In this document: positions 12,716-25,272 of the stretch, piece after piece
Layout of the letters: every line of letters begins with the position of its first letter
Numbering within the stretch: position 1 is the first letter of the stretch
NCBI GenBank assembly: GCA_000934665.2
Contig: JYFJ02002628.1
Location: 1 to 53,629 of the forward strand
Reading direction: 5' to 3'
Length of the DNA: 53,629 nucleotides
DNA from: Catajapyx aquilonaris
Taxonomy: Eukaryota
The notes under the pieces: generated by a model
What the model saw: only the letters and a program-made list of their open reading frames with translations
Told to the model about the DNA's origin: nothing
Databases searched by the model: none
Program-made: the position numbers and the translations under genes

Positions 12716-12849
12716 GTGATCCCACGGACTCTATGGATAGTGAAAGCTTTTTAGAAGAAGCCCTGGAGGATGATAGAGGTCATCCCTTGAGCCCCTATGC
12801 AGTTGCAGCAGACATGGGTAATATGGATGGAAAGCTGATTCGATCCTGA
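12716..12849 (+). CDS. Last coding exon of gene 1 (GDPTDSMDSESFLEEALEDDRGHPLSPYAVAADMGNMDGKLIRS*)
   Basis: Acceptor TTTTTTTAAG ends at 12715. Phase 1 matches the donor at 10829 and the acidic composition continues. Stop TGA at 12847-12849. Confidence 0.8.
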
Positions 12850-15730
12850 TCCAACGGGGGTTCTGATTAAATTCACTTACCTCCTACTCCTTACTGACCC
12901 TGACGTCCTTGGTTCCTTCATATGAAATAAGTATATATATCAGGTGGGTTAAGTACAAAGTACCTGATTAATTATTCACAGATCCGAGATTTATTAGGAT
13001 GTGTACCCATCTTGTGAATTTTTCTCGTTGGGTTTTTATCCGCCCTCTCCTCTAACCAGCATTTTTTTTTGTGTGTGTGTGCTCTCACCTCCGGAAGATT
13101 TTTACCTTGTTAGCCTCTTTAGCAGAATATTTGTACATAACACTTCCTATTATGATCCTTGCCCCTCTTTTCACTTAACCCTCTTTTGTTATTGGCACTG
13201 CCATTCACTGTGGTAGAAATTTTATTTTTGTACACATTCAAGTGTTTGTGGACTCACCAATGAAGCGTAATTTGGAATGATGTAAGTACAACTGGAATAA
13301 TAATTTAGGAAGGGAAGTATTTCATGCCACATTTTAGTGTGGTTGTGAGATTGGTGATAGCATAGATTTTTATAATGGACATAATGAATAATTATGTTTT
13401 TACACGGATATTGGACATCTTTACACCTTTATTGAGTAAGGGATTGTTGTTGCGAATCTTGTACAAAAATTGGATGAGGTTGTGTCGAATATGGAATGCA
13501 TGTAAATAAGTCATGTGTGTGTTGGAAAATTTGTTGAGTCCTCAAACAAAGTTGTGCCCTACATATCAAGTGGCTGATCAATCATTTGTCCCACCCTCTC
13601 TTGGAGAGACACTTCTTGTTAACACCTTCACCCTCTTGATATTACAAAAAAAAAGGTGCAATTGCAATTTGGGTGTTGTGACCGTTTATGTTTTTATCAT
13701 TATAATTATTACCCATAATTTATGGGAGAGGTTGTGTGTTTGATGCCACATTTCTTTGCCCCCCACCCCCCCATTATTATATGTCCTAACAAAGCATGGT
13801 TTCATACATGCTGGTAGTTTAGATAAGTATTTTAAATCTAAGGCATGTGGCAACTGAGTAAATTGTTAATAGGTGTAAGAATTAATTGTACATAAGATTT
13901 TTTTTGGTGTTTATCAGTATCTGGAAACGCAACAGTTATGTTGGTGAAGTGAATGGTGTTTATGGCATGTTTTTGCCCTTCTATTGGAGCCAAATGCCAG
14001 TATTTCAAAAGGCAATGACTTTTATATGGGCATGGAAATCAGCAGCAGTTTTTTGTGATTCCTGCTGCAATTTTTTGAGAGGAAAATGCACATGATCTTC
14101 CAAAAATGCAGCTCCTTAAATCTACACATGAAAAAGCAGCATCACCATTATCTAGGATGGCCCTCTTTACATCTTTTACCTAACCCGTTCATCTTGTGAT
14201 TTGATGCAAATGTTGTGACCAAAAAAGCCGCAGCTGGGACTTAACATGTGCGGCAGAATCACACTGTCGCTTTCTTGTCGTGTTTGTTAGCTTTGCTATC
14301 AGTCGCATGTGCCATTAGACATGTGTATTTATGCGCACTTTTTTGTTTACAATTGGTTGTATTACATGTACATAAAGCAATGATATGATTTTTTTTCTAT
14401 TTCTGTTGTGTTTGTGAGTAGTACTTGCAGAATTTTTCAAGTAAGGTTCTTTGTTGTCTGTAGCTTCACCACTCCTTTTTTCAAAAAAAAAAAGGTGATT
14501 TTAGCTTCCAATTTCTTGCATCAATGCACTGACTCGTATTCCACTTCGGTCCATCTGTACATAACTATTTTTAGACGGAAGAAAAAAATTGGTGTTTTCA
14601 AATAGTACAGTATTTTGTCCGAGGTGTTCGTTGTGTCTATTTGATGTGAAGTACCTATATTATTATAAGGTGACGGCACCTTGGGAGAGTCGCCACTGTT
14701 GGCTAAACACTATGGAGATAGCAAGTATTATATTGCACAGAGCTCACGATTAGTATACAGTCACCGTTCTGTTTTTTTTTGTTTTTTGCATGGTTTTAAT
14801 CTAATCTTAGAAATGAAAAGAAGAAAGCAATAGTCGCCTTTTTACTACACCTGCTTTAAAAAAAAATCCGCAAGACATTTCATGCAGAAAGGAGAGTAAT
14901 GTAGATATAAAAACAATATATACAGATTTATATATTTTTGTGCCATGTGGCCGTTCCTTCCGAAACTTGTACCAGCTTTTTTTTCTTTATGCTGCAAAAA
15001 AAAATCATTGCTGGAAATAGACTCAGGGAAACGAAAACAAGAGCAAAAAAATAAAAGCAAAAATTTAGTCTTGATCAGGCATTTTCTTAGGAGGAAAAAT
15101 TCTAATTTGATGACCAGGGAGGGAAATGAATTTTTACCATGCAAAGTTTAACTTCTACTCAAATTTGAGGGGGGGGTACGTTTTCATACCAGAAGGATAA
15201 CTTTATTTTTAACGAGTGTAGATTTTACATGGGGCACTCAGATTCCTATTGCAATCTCAAATTTTTTTTTCATAGCCCTGAGCAGCTCAGGTTGAGAATG
15301 TTGGTGCACACAGGTCGCAGACTATGGGTTCTGTCAGCGTACAAAACTAACAGCATAACATAGGCCAATTAGTTTCTGACTCCTATACCTCCCACCCACC
15401 CACCCCCCTCCTCCCGCCATCTATTTCTATTGCTCATTCTGTGTTCAGAAACCTTTTCACTTTATTATTTTTGAAGTAAGAAAATGCAAAACAAATTTTG
15501 ATGAGAAAAACTACAACTTGGTTTTATTGTGGGTACAATGACATGTGCCACGTCATGCAATGATATGACTTACTGCTGTGTGTTTGTAAATCATAGCACG
15601 TGAAGCCAAATAATGCATTGTAAGGTATCCTTGTTACTGTACCTTGTAAGAATGTTAACGTTTATTATATGAGTGGTAAAAAGTGTATTCTGTAACAATA
15701 GGTACAAAATAAAAGCAGTTCATACCTGTC
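12850..15730 (+). other. Long 3' UTR of gene 1 with poly(A) signal AATAAA at 15708-15713
   Basis: T/TG-rich, with no recognisable transposon over ~2.9 kb in an otherwise TE-dense window. Multiple TGTAHATA motifs, and AATAAA followed by a T-rich tract. Confidence 0.6.
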
Positions 15731-15788
15731 AGTATCGTAACTTTTCTCACCCTTAATGCAGATGGCTATTCTTTATTCCTCAAAAAAG

Positions 15789-16221
15789 GAAAATACGCAA
15801 TGATCAAACACCCAGATTACGCCAGAGAAAAGTACTTTCAATACAACCTGCTGATAAAGATCATCAGATTTCTGGCGAATTTAAGAAATAGTTCGCAAAG
15901 AATGTGGATTGACAATTATAATTTTTCTTTTTCGCCTCAAGATAACTGCACTCTTTGCAACTCGATTTTTTTCATGTATTATATGTTGTATGTGTTTTTT
16001 TAAAGTCACAACGAGAAGGTCTGCTAAAGAACTTTCCAAAGATGCCACCGGACTGTATTTTTTCGTTGTTTATGGATATCCCTAGACACTATTTACTGCA
16101 ACTATATAACTATTTTTGTGCAATTACCTCCAAACTTGTTTTTTGTGATATTCAGTTGGATTTTGGGCTGTGCGAACCCCCTGCCCATTCGGCCTAGGCC
16201 TCAGGGCGGGGTTAATAAACC

Positions 16222-16288
<67 letters not shown>
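15789..16288 (+). mobile_element. 5'-truncated non-LTR retrotransposon (ORF2 C-terminus, RTE-X/L1-like) with (TTA)n tail
   Basis: Frameshifted ORF end EKYFQYNL..IIRFLANLR...CTLCN..DFFHVLYVVC resembles the C-terminal CCHC motif. Followed by a 3' hairpin, AATAAA and (TTA)n, with an exact 16 bp TSD TTATTCCTCAAAAAAG (15773-15788, 16289-16304). Clade assignment is tentative. Confidence 0.8.

Positions 16289-16293
<5 letters not shown>
16222..16293 (+). repeat. (TTA)n microsatellite forming the LINE tail
   Basis: Perfect trinucleotide run. Confidence 0.95.
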
Positions 16294-16294
<1 letters not shown>

Positions 16295-16549
16295 CTCAAA
16301 AAAGTTACTACCCCTACAATTCTTTAGCTCGTGGTTCAGCTGACTGAGACAATTAATTCTTATTCAGATGCCTAAACCTAGATTACCACCTTGAGAAATA
16401 CAATTTGCAGCTGCAATTTGGCATCTTTTTTTGGTCCAGCACAGTCGAGAGAAGTAGCCTACCTTTATGAAATGGTTGGAGTTGTTACTTATGAATAATC
16501 TCTTTTGCACTTCCTAGTCATGTCCAGGACTGATGTACAGAACCATGTG

Positions 16550-17260
16550 TTTTTAATTTCCCATCTGAAATTTACCAAAGTGTTCCAGCTTTGTCATTTG
16601 AAAACCAAAACAGTTATGGATATGAAATTTACTGGGATTTGAAGCTCTATCGATGTCACTTTGTGAGGTATAGAGATGGACCAATAATTATGCGAGAGGG
16701 CGGTGGAAGAAAAGAAACGACACCCTCACCCGTGGAACTGATTTAAAGAATATTATGATTGTACAGTGGGTTAGACAAAATAACGGATATTTTTCGCCAT
16801 CTGTATACCACAAAGTGACAAATAGAGCTTCAAAACCCAGTTAAGATCATTTCTGCAACTGTTTTGGTTTTCTAATTAAATATTGCTCATATTCTTTAAA
16901 GCAGTGCTGGGGAAGGGGGTGTCATTTCTCTTTCTTCAGGTGCCCCCTCGCGGGATTATTGGTCAATCTCTATACCTCACAAAGTGGCATCAGTATAGAG
17001 ATTCAAAACCCAGTCAAGTTCATACCCATAACTGTTTTGGTTTTCAAATGACATGGCTGGAACACTTTGGTCAAAAATAAGGTCTGGGTGGGTGTTGTTC
17101 GTTTGTTATTCTCCCCCTCTCATGATTTTTGTGCCATTTGCATTTCATGACAAAATGTACATCGACAGAGCTTCAAAACCTGGTCAAATTCATCTTTATA
17201 ACTTTTCCAGTTTTCGAATAAAACAGACGCGAAGTTTCAACAGCTTTTTGCAGATGTTCC
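16550..17260. mobile_element. Decayed foldback/MITE fragment with internal subrepeats
   Basis: ~16572-16701 is inverted relative to ~16942-17075. A unit AGAG(C/A)TTCAAAACC...AACT(G/T)TTT recurs at ~16820, ~16995 and ~17165. Confidence 0.5.
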
Positions 17261-18164
17261 TATTATTTTGTCCAACCCCTGTACGTGCTACAATTAAAAT
17301 AATAAGCTCAATTTATGAAGAAATCACATGTACCCCAACCGAAATCTGGAGTTCATCAGAGATAGGCCTACTTATCATCAACGTTCCAGAATTTTTCTTC
17401 CATCAAGTTAGCCTGGCTGTACTGCAGCCTATACACACTGAAATAGAGCCATAGCAATAAACTGTTTCACAATAATTGAACAGAAGTCGTATTTTAGGCA
17501 ATCTGTATTTAGCATGTTTACATGTAATCTACTTGTAGGTCCTGAAAAGTGTCAAGTGGCAGAAGGTCTGTGATGCATAAAGTTTTGCTTTAGCATGGTG
17601 TGGAAGAAATTGAGTCAGCTACTATAGGTTTAAAAAATTATCAACGTGGCGAATCTTGGGATTATCGAAGCAGTTGGGAAGAAATTATCGGGATGGTGGG
17701 AAAAGGGGATGACCCTAATTTTTGTCATATTTGACCTAAACACCTAGAAATAGCTACATAAAAGACATGACAAACAGTTTGGTATACTCCAAGTTCACGA
17801 CGTATCATGCAAGATACGGAAACACGGACTAGGTCAAAACCCGCATTCCCTATGATTTGTGAAGAGAATGCATTTAAATTGGATCTCTTGAAAAATTACA
17901 CTGTTGTGGGTTGTCACCTTTTTCCACCACACATCCCTCAAATCATTGGGTGACAAATCATAACGCGGGTGTACAGGTCCGCATATCAGACTGACTCATA
18001 CCTGGTCATTGCTTGAATTTCATTCTTTGCAGATTGACCTATATTTCATCACTTACACAGCGTTTGCGAAGATGAATGTTCGAAAGTTGCAATTATTTGC
18101 CAGTCAATGCCAAAGACGCAAACATTCCACAGTACCGTAAAGTGTTCACCATGGGAAATGCAAC

Positions 18165-18270
18165 GTTTGCTTGGATAAGGTATCGCAGGTTTAGTCAACA
18201 ATCAGGGAGATAAAATTGCCAGAGTCCTTGTGGCGGTCACCAGTCTGCAGGTCTCTATTTGGATATCATC
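18165..18270 (+). promoter_or_regulatory. Putative core promoter/5' UTR of Fas3-like copy A
   Basis: GCTTGGATAAGGTATC followed by Inr-like TTAGTC ~80 nt upstream of the ATG. Conserved in copy B. Confidence 0.4.
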
Positions 18271-18316
18271 ATGGGTGTACTGGTGGTTCTGCTTTTAGTG
18301 ATTGCTGCTGCATCAG
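18271..18316 (+). CDS. Fasciclin-3-like copy A, exon 1 (signal peptide MGVLVVLLLVIAAAS)
   Basis: ATCATCATGG start context, hydrophobic leader, donor CAG|GTTTGT, phase 1. Paralogous to 33717-33762. Confidence 0.8.
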
Positions 18317-18724
18317 GTTTGTCCATTTTCTTCGGGCACTGAAAAGGGCACTGAATCCAAACCTGGAAAGAAACAATATTATTCAGAGAGCCTCGTTAAA
18401 TATCAATCAAGTTTAAGCTGCGCCATCTATTTAATAATTTAGTAGTCTCGGGCGAGTCGCTTGTTTGCGGTTGTTATTTTTGCAAAAGAAAAAAAATAAA
18501 TTGACTTGGTAAAGTTTGTGCTTCCAAGTTAGTATGGTAACGCATTTTCCCGAACCTACAGTAAACTGGTCCAATGACCACACGTATTACTTCAGTATCA
18601 ATAGGGGCCTACATAGTGCTCAGCATAACAGCGTATGGAAAGATCGTATTCCCAGCAGATTGCCCCTCTAAAATAAGTTTTTGACATTGGCCTAATTTAT
18701 ATCATCGCATGTGATAGTCTAGTG

Positions 18725-19403
18725 CAGTGGTTTTTAAACTGTGGTACGAGTACTCCTGGGGGTAGTTGGGTGCAAGGAAACGACTTGCTCAACAACACTC
18801 CAAAAATATGAAAGCGACTGGGGAGGTCAGCGTCCAAGCCGACATACTGGAGTATGGAATCAACTGGTGCATCCGTAATTATTTTCCCGAAATTGATATG
18901 TTAATCAATTGGATCAGAAACCAGTTGGAGATTTCTTTACCACTTCTGAACAAGTCGGTGCAGGATCAGAAAAAAGGTCATCAAAATTTCTACACTGAAC
19001 GCTTGGAATTGGGGCACAAACACATGTGAACTTTTGGACTGAAAAAATTGATGACTGTCCAGTACTGGCAACCTTTGCTCTGAAGTACTTATTACTATTT
19101 TCTATTACTTTATATGAAGCTGGATTTTCGGCATTAACGTCCATGAAAACAGACTACCGTCATAGACTCTGTGTTAAGAAAAACCTCAGACATAAATGGA
19201 CGCCACCACCTGTCCTCAATATTGACCATATGTGTGAAAGAAGTAAAGCACATCCATCAGTACCATCACACTAACTAGTAAGTGCCCTCATTACTGTTAT
19301 CAGGTAACGCCGAATCGGCATGTGAGTATACAAGTAATTGTCTCGACATACAGAATTTTTAAAGGACACGCGACAAAAAATAAATAAATTAGGAACCCTA
19401 CTG
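18725..19403 (+). mobile_element. Internally deleted hAT (Buster/Charlie) element with transposase dimerisation-domain remnant
   Basis: CAGTGGTTTTTAAACT...CTACTG ends with TSD GTCTAGTG/TTCTGGTG. Translation FW...PVLATFALKYLLLFSITLYEAGFSALTSMKTDYRHRL...KAHPS. The empty site is seen in copy B at ~35373. Confidence 0.9.
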
Positions 19404-19469
19404 TTCTGGTGAAAATCTTGGTCTCTGCCAATAATATATTTTATTGCGAATACGTATTTGCAAAAGCTA

Positions 19470-22208
19470 TAGGGTGGTTCCATTTCAGATCAGCCAGTGA
19501 GTGAAAAAAGGTGTCAGGTCATAGTCATCTATTTTTTTGAAAAATATATATGTGAAACCCACATCGAATTGAACTCTTATGGAACAATCAGTTTTACCAG
19601 ATTAAATTTAGTTATCGAGTTATTAATATTTATTTGAAGGGGTACCAAAATCACAATCACGCGAAGACGCACTTTTTCCCGCTTTTTCCATTGCTTTCAA
19701 TGAGGATATCTCGGGAACTGTTCAGAGAACCAACATGAAATTTTTAACTCATGCTTTTGGAATGACACGCTGTTATGTCATGCATAAATTTACCTCATTT
19801 AATGGTACAGTCACCTGCAAAAAAATCTCCAACATTGCATATTTTGGTCAAAATTCGCATATTTCGCAATTTATTACGGCGTTATGGTAAACGTGACGGT
19901 TATGCCGATTATATTTTGTGATATACTCGGTGACCCCCTCCAGGCTATGAAATAAAATCTTCGTTAGCTCCGCGTGTAGTTGAGATATGGGAGGTGAAAA
20001 TATAGCAACAAGCGAAAACATGCATATTTCAAAAATTATTTTCTCAAAAAAGCCATTTTTAAAATTTTATTTTTAATTTTAATTTTACAAGGAAAGGCAT
20101 GGTATAAAATTACCTGGTGTCAAAACCCCGAATATATTTTTTATACGTGAGATATAAATTTTTGAAAAGTCACAACTTTTGTAATTGTGCTACAATATGC
20201 ACACTTTTTAAAATAAATATTTTCTCGAAGAAGCCATTTTAAATATTTTATTTTGATTTTTTATTTTATAAGGTCGGACATGTTATAAAATTATGTAGTG
20301 TCAAAACCCGGTATATATTTCTTATACGTGAGATATAAATTTTTGTAAAGTAACAACATTCGAAATTGGGCTACAATATGCACACTTAAAATAAATATTT
20401 TCTCGAAGAAGCCATTTTGAAAATTTAATCGTTATTTTTTGTATAACAAAGTAGCATGAGTTCGATTATAAAATTATATCAAAATTCGGTATATATTTGT
20501 ATTCAGTGAGACACGATTTTTTTTTTACAGTGATGATTTATTTTTGTTTCTATGCAACAACATGCACACTTCAAAAATTAATATATGGAAAACGCCATTT
20601 TAAATATGCAATATTCTTTTATATTTCATAAAGGAAAGACCGGTTCTGTCATAAAATAATATAAAAACCTGGTATAGATTCTTGATGATACAAATTTATG
20701 AAAAGTGGTATTTTTGCTTTCGTTTAGTGTGTTTCAACATCCTTGCAGTTACTTCTAAAGTAATATTCGACATAAAAAATAAATGTCAACAACTAATCTG
20801 GAAACCTTCCATAATGGTCAACAGAAGGCAAGGGGGAATTAAATGCAAAATGGATACATATTAATTTCCCGATGGTGTAACCAACACACACTGTCCCATG
20901 TATGCATAGTCTCATACAATAATGGGGAGGGTTTCATGATGTTTTACAGTTTTATATAAATGTATAATTTCATGCATTCCATAGCTCATAAGATGATCAC
21001 GAAAGTGGGTCCATTTTACATTTAATTCCCCCTTGCCTTCTGTTGACCATTATGGAAGGTTTCCAGATTAGTTGTTGACATTTATTTTTTATGTCGAATA
21101 TTACTTTAGAAGTAACTGCAAGGGTGTTGAAACACACTAAACGAAAGCAAAAATACCACATTTCATAAATTTGTATCATCAAGAATCTATATCAGGTTTT
21201 TATATTATTTTATGACAGAACCGGTCTTTCCTTTATGAAATATAAAAGAATATTGCATATTTAAAATGGCGTTTTCCATATATTAATTTTTGAAATGCGC
21301 ATGTTGTTGCATAGAAACAAAAATCATCACTGTAAAAAAAATCCGTGTCTCACTGAATACAAATATATACCGAATTTTGATATAATTTTATAATCGAACT
21401 CATGCTACTTTGTTATACAAAAAATAACGATTAAATTTTCAAAATGGCTTCTTCGAGAAAATATTTATTTTAAGTGTGCATATTGCAGCCCAATTTCGAA
21501 TGTTGTGACTTTTCAAAAATTTATATCTCACGTATAAAAAATATATTCGGGGTTTTGACACCAGGTAATTTTATACCATGCCTTTCCTTGTAAAATAAAA
21601 AATAAAAGTAAATTTTAAAAAATGGCTTTTTTGAGAAAATTATTTTTGAAACATGCATATTTTCGCTTGTTGCCATATTTTCACCTCGCATATCTCAACT
21701 ACACGCGGAGCTAACGAAGATTTTATTTCATAGCCTGGAGGGGGTCACCGAGTATATCACAAAATATAATCTGCATAACCGTCACGTTTACCATAACGCC
21801 GTAATAAATTGCGAAATATGCGAATTTTGACCAAAATATGCAATGTTGGAGATTTTTTTGCAGGTGACTGTACCATTAAATGAGGTAAATTTATGCATGA
21901 CATAACAGCGTGTCATTCCAAAAGCACGAGTTAAAAATTTCATGTTGGTTCTCTGAACAGTTCCCGAGATATCCTCATTGAAAGCAATGGAAAAAGCGGG
22001 AAAAAGTGCGTCTTCGCGTGATTGTGATTTTGGTACCCCTTCAAATAAATATTAATAACTCGATAACTAAATTTAATCTGGTAAAACTGATTGTTCCATA
22101 AGAGTTCAATTCGATGTGGGTTTCACATATATATTTTTCAAAAAAATCGATGACTATGACCTGACACCTTTTTTCACTCACTGGCTGATCTGAAATGGAA
22201 CCACCCTA
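19470..22208. mobile_element. Large foldback element with TA TSD (Tc1/mariner-like termini) and 1.2-1.4 kb arms
   Basis: TA-TAGGGTGGTTCCATTTCAGATCAGCC ... GGCTGATCTGAAATGGAACCACCCTA-TA. Arms 19470-20854 and 21010-22208 are nearly identical, with a 155 bp spacer and ~180 bp internal tandem subrepeats. Confidence 0.92.
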
Positions 22209-23013
22209 TACGGTTGCGCAGTAAAACTATAGAGGTAGGTTACCGGTACCAATGAAGTCTGCCGAATGTTTTTGAAGTAGCGTATCGTTCACCACGGTAT
22301 ACCTTGATTGCTATATTTGAGGCAAGACTGGTGCTGAACTTATCGCTTTCTGGAACCACCTCGTTGACTTTGTGTTTGTACAGTAGACTCCTGATATTAC
22401 AGACTTCAAGGGACCACGGAAATAAGTCAACTATAACCGAGGTCTCTTATATCCAAATCACCACTTTTGCAACGAATACACAGTTTTCTGCTTTCCATGT
22501 GTCTCCTTGTTGCCAAATATACCAGAAAAAGAATTATTTTGACCCTTTCGGCAAGTGTAATAACTGCCAACTGCCTGAGTCAGGTACAGTACTGCCCATT
22601 CATGGCTGCTGGGAACCGAGGTCGGCTCTGTGACCCAGCACAAGGAGGGGAGTTCATTAATAATCCTGGATACATTGAACAGAGCATGCCTCAACCTTGA
22701 GATGCAAAACTTGAGACTATAGGAAGCTTAGGACAGTAGATGGAAAAATCACACCCGCTCCTATAGTGCCTTTCTACAAGTTAGTGTGAAGGTGATGCCG
22801 GGTAATCTAAAATAGAATATTTTCCCACCGAAGGGGCAAAAAAAATAATGGTAAGTTATAGCCGAGCATGCATGCTGGACACTCGGCGATGGACAACACG
22901 AGAGCTTCATTTCGAGTGTGGGGGGACAAGTCAGAGCACTATGCTTAGGACTCTGAAAGACTGAAAGGTCTCAGGAAGTTGGCATCTTCACGGGTCCTTC
23001 AGCAGAGTGAACG

Positions 23014-24477
23014 CAGCTAATGATGCAAGTTCAAACTTGTTCAGTATATTGCTTCAGAATTTTAAGATACAGGTGTTTGAATTTTAACTCAAAAGAAAAT
23101 GGCTGCAGCTTCATGTTCCGAATATGATTAATAATTAATTCTGGAATATTTATTGGTGTAACGGATGAGGAAGTCCTGCAAGTCCAATGTTGGTCTTGGT
23201 CATTATTTGGACGTCCGGCACAGGTACAGAAACAAGACCACGACGTTATGGACGTCCGGACGCGTTCCATCGGACGTCCATGAGGTCCAGGTCCATCCCG
23301 AGTCCAAAAATGATACATTTCCCTACACAATGGGATTACATTAGCGACCACAATGACATTGAAGTGTGTACTCAGTTTCTAGATTTTTTCTCATCGGAAA
23401 AAAGTCATAGAACGGCTCTGTCCGTCCGTCTGTGGACAGGTATCACGGCCTAAACCACGCCTAAACCGTAAGAGATAGCGACAAACGGTTTTCATATTCG
23501 GATTGAGCGTGACCAAAGTACGTTTCATGGTCAACTTCCGGTGACCCGCCACTTCCGGATTTCCGGGTTCACTCTAACCGCACAAGTCCACTTTACAGGC
23601 GGGTTATCGTTGGATTTCGAAATCAGTTTCCGTGGACGGACAAACGGACAGAGCCGTTCCGATGAGATGAGAAGTCGTTTAGAAACTGATTACACACTTC
23701 AATGTCATTATATGTGGTCACTAATGTAATCCCATTGTGTATGAAAATGTGTTATTTTTGGCACTTTAAGACGTCATAACTTTTGCAAATATCGGCCTCC
23801 ACCCGAAATATTTTATTTTTGGGTATCATATATTGTCCTGTATTTAGCATGTTCAGTTTAATCAAGATCAGTCATTATCACCCGGGGACTGTCCCTTGTC
23901 AGCATGCTTTTCATAGGTGGCCTATAGGTAGTCTACTGTTCCCGCTGTTGTCTGCTGGATCAAGGTTTGACATTTCACTGCCTAAAATTGTCATATCTCG
24001 TGGTGCCTTTTTTTTGTCCCTTGCGACTCCTTGACATGGTTTAGTGAACTGTTGACTTCATTTACATGTCATTTAATAACATTTTATAATTAGGGGTTTG
24101 AAAGTTGAAGCAGAACATTTAAAAGGTGAAGGACAAAATTAAATGTGTTAAACAAAATATGAAGCTAAGATATAATTATGAATTAAAGCACCCCTTGAAA
24201 TTGTCAGAACCACCACTTCTATTTCCGACACATGAGTTTTCTATGATGAAGGCACTATACTGGTTACATAATTATTACAGATGCATGTTATATTGTACAA
24301 TACTCTTACAAACAATAAATAACCCGTTACACCAATAAATATTCCAGAATTAATTATTAATCATATTCGGAACATGAAGCTGCAGCCATTTTTTTTTTTT
24401 GAGTTAAAATTCAAACACCCGTATCTTAAAATTCTGAAGCAATATACTGAGCAAGTTTGAACTTGCATCATTAGCTG
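23014..24477. mobile_element. Composite element with ~150 bp outer inverted repeats and a nested inner inverted pair
   Basis: 23014-23164 is inverted against 24323-24477, and ~23304-23381 against ~23680-23761. The interior contains GGACGTCC repeats and TGTCCGTCCGTCTGT. No clear TSD. Confidence 0.6.
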
Positions 24478-25272
24478 TGACCATGGTTTTAGAATACTCA
24501 GGTTAGGTCACTCCTCGCCGGCGACCATTTGGGTCCGCATTTAGCGCTTCCCTTTTGTACCTATAAAGTTCAGCGTAGTCCGGTAGGGTCGCCACATAAT
24601 CCAGTATTGACGTGAGAGGTCTCATGGCGCTCTCAGGTGAGCACCCCATGCAAAACGCCCCGGCAGGCGATAAGATCAGACTGTAGGGGTAGTGTCCGTG
24701 GGCTGGCTGTGACTCTGCTGAAGCACCTGTGACGTCACGGCGAGAGAGCGATGATGCGCAGTTGAGCCCAGGTAGAGATAAGAAATACGCGGAGAGGAGA
24801 GGGTCACGATCCCCTTTTGTTTTCCGGCCCCCTTGCGATATGGACGAAATCTATTTGCCAGATAAAACTGTAATCGCCGGATCTTCAAAACTCAGCAAAA
24901 GTCATCTCTGTATGTGTTACCGTTTTTGAATAAAAAATACGCGCCATGACTTATGAATCAATTACCCTCGTGTAGCCGAGGTTGTACAGTACTATACTTG
25001 CTGCAGCAAGATCTATGCCAAAACAAACAAAAACAGGTTATGAATCCAGCCGATATGCGATGTTCTTAACAATGGGTAGTTGGCCATTTTTCATCCCTCA
25101 TACACTTAGCTTGTTAATTATTTTGGTCTTTCCATGTGTTCTTTGACATAGGATACCTTTCATGCATTATGATTCATTCAAGGTCAACGCAGGAATGGTC
25201 GACGTCTTTGTGGCTAAAATTATTTTACTGAGGAACTCGATCCAAATAGTATCACCCTATAGTCCTATACTA

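Noticed and set aside
16118..16327. Poly-leucine ORF resembling a membrane peptide
   Set aside because: It is the translation of the (TTA)n LINE tail.
20030..20700. ~180 bp repeats as a CRISPR-like or satellite array
   Set aside because: Degenerate tandem subunits inside a TIR, with no repeat-spacer structure, in a eukaryotic context.
20682..21182. Pair of near-identical convergent 60 aa ORFs
   Set aside because: A by-product of the foldback arms; no recognisable protein features.
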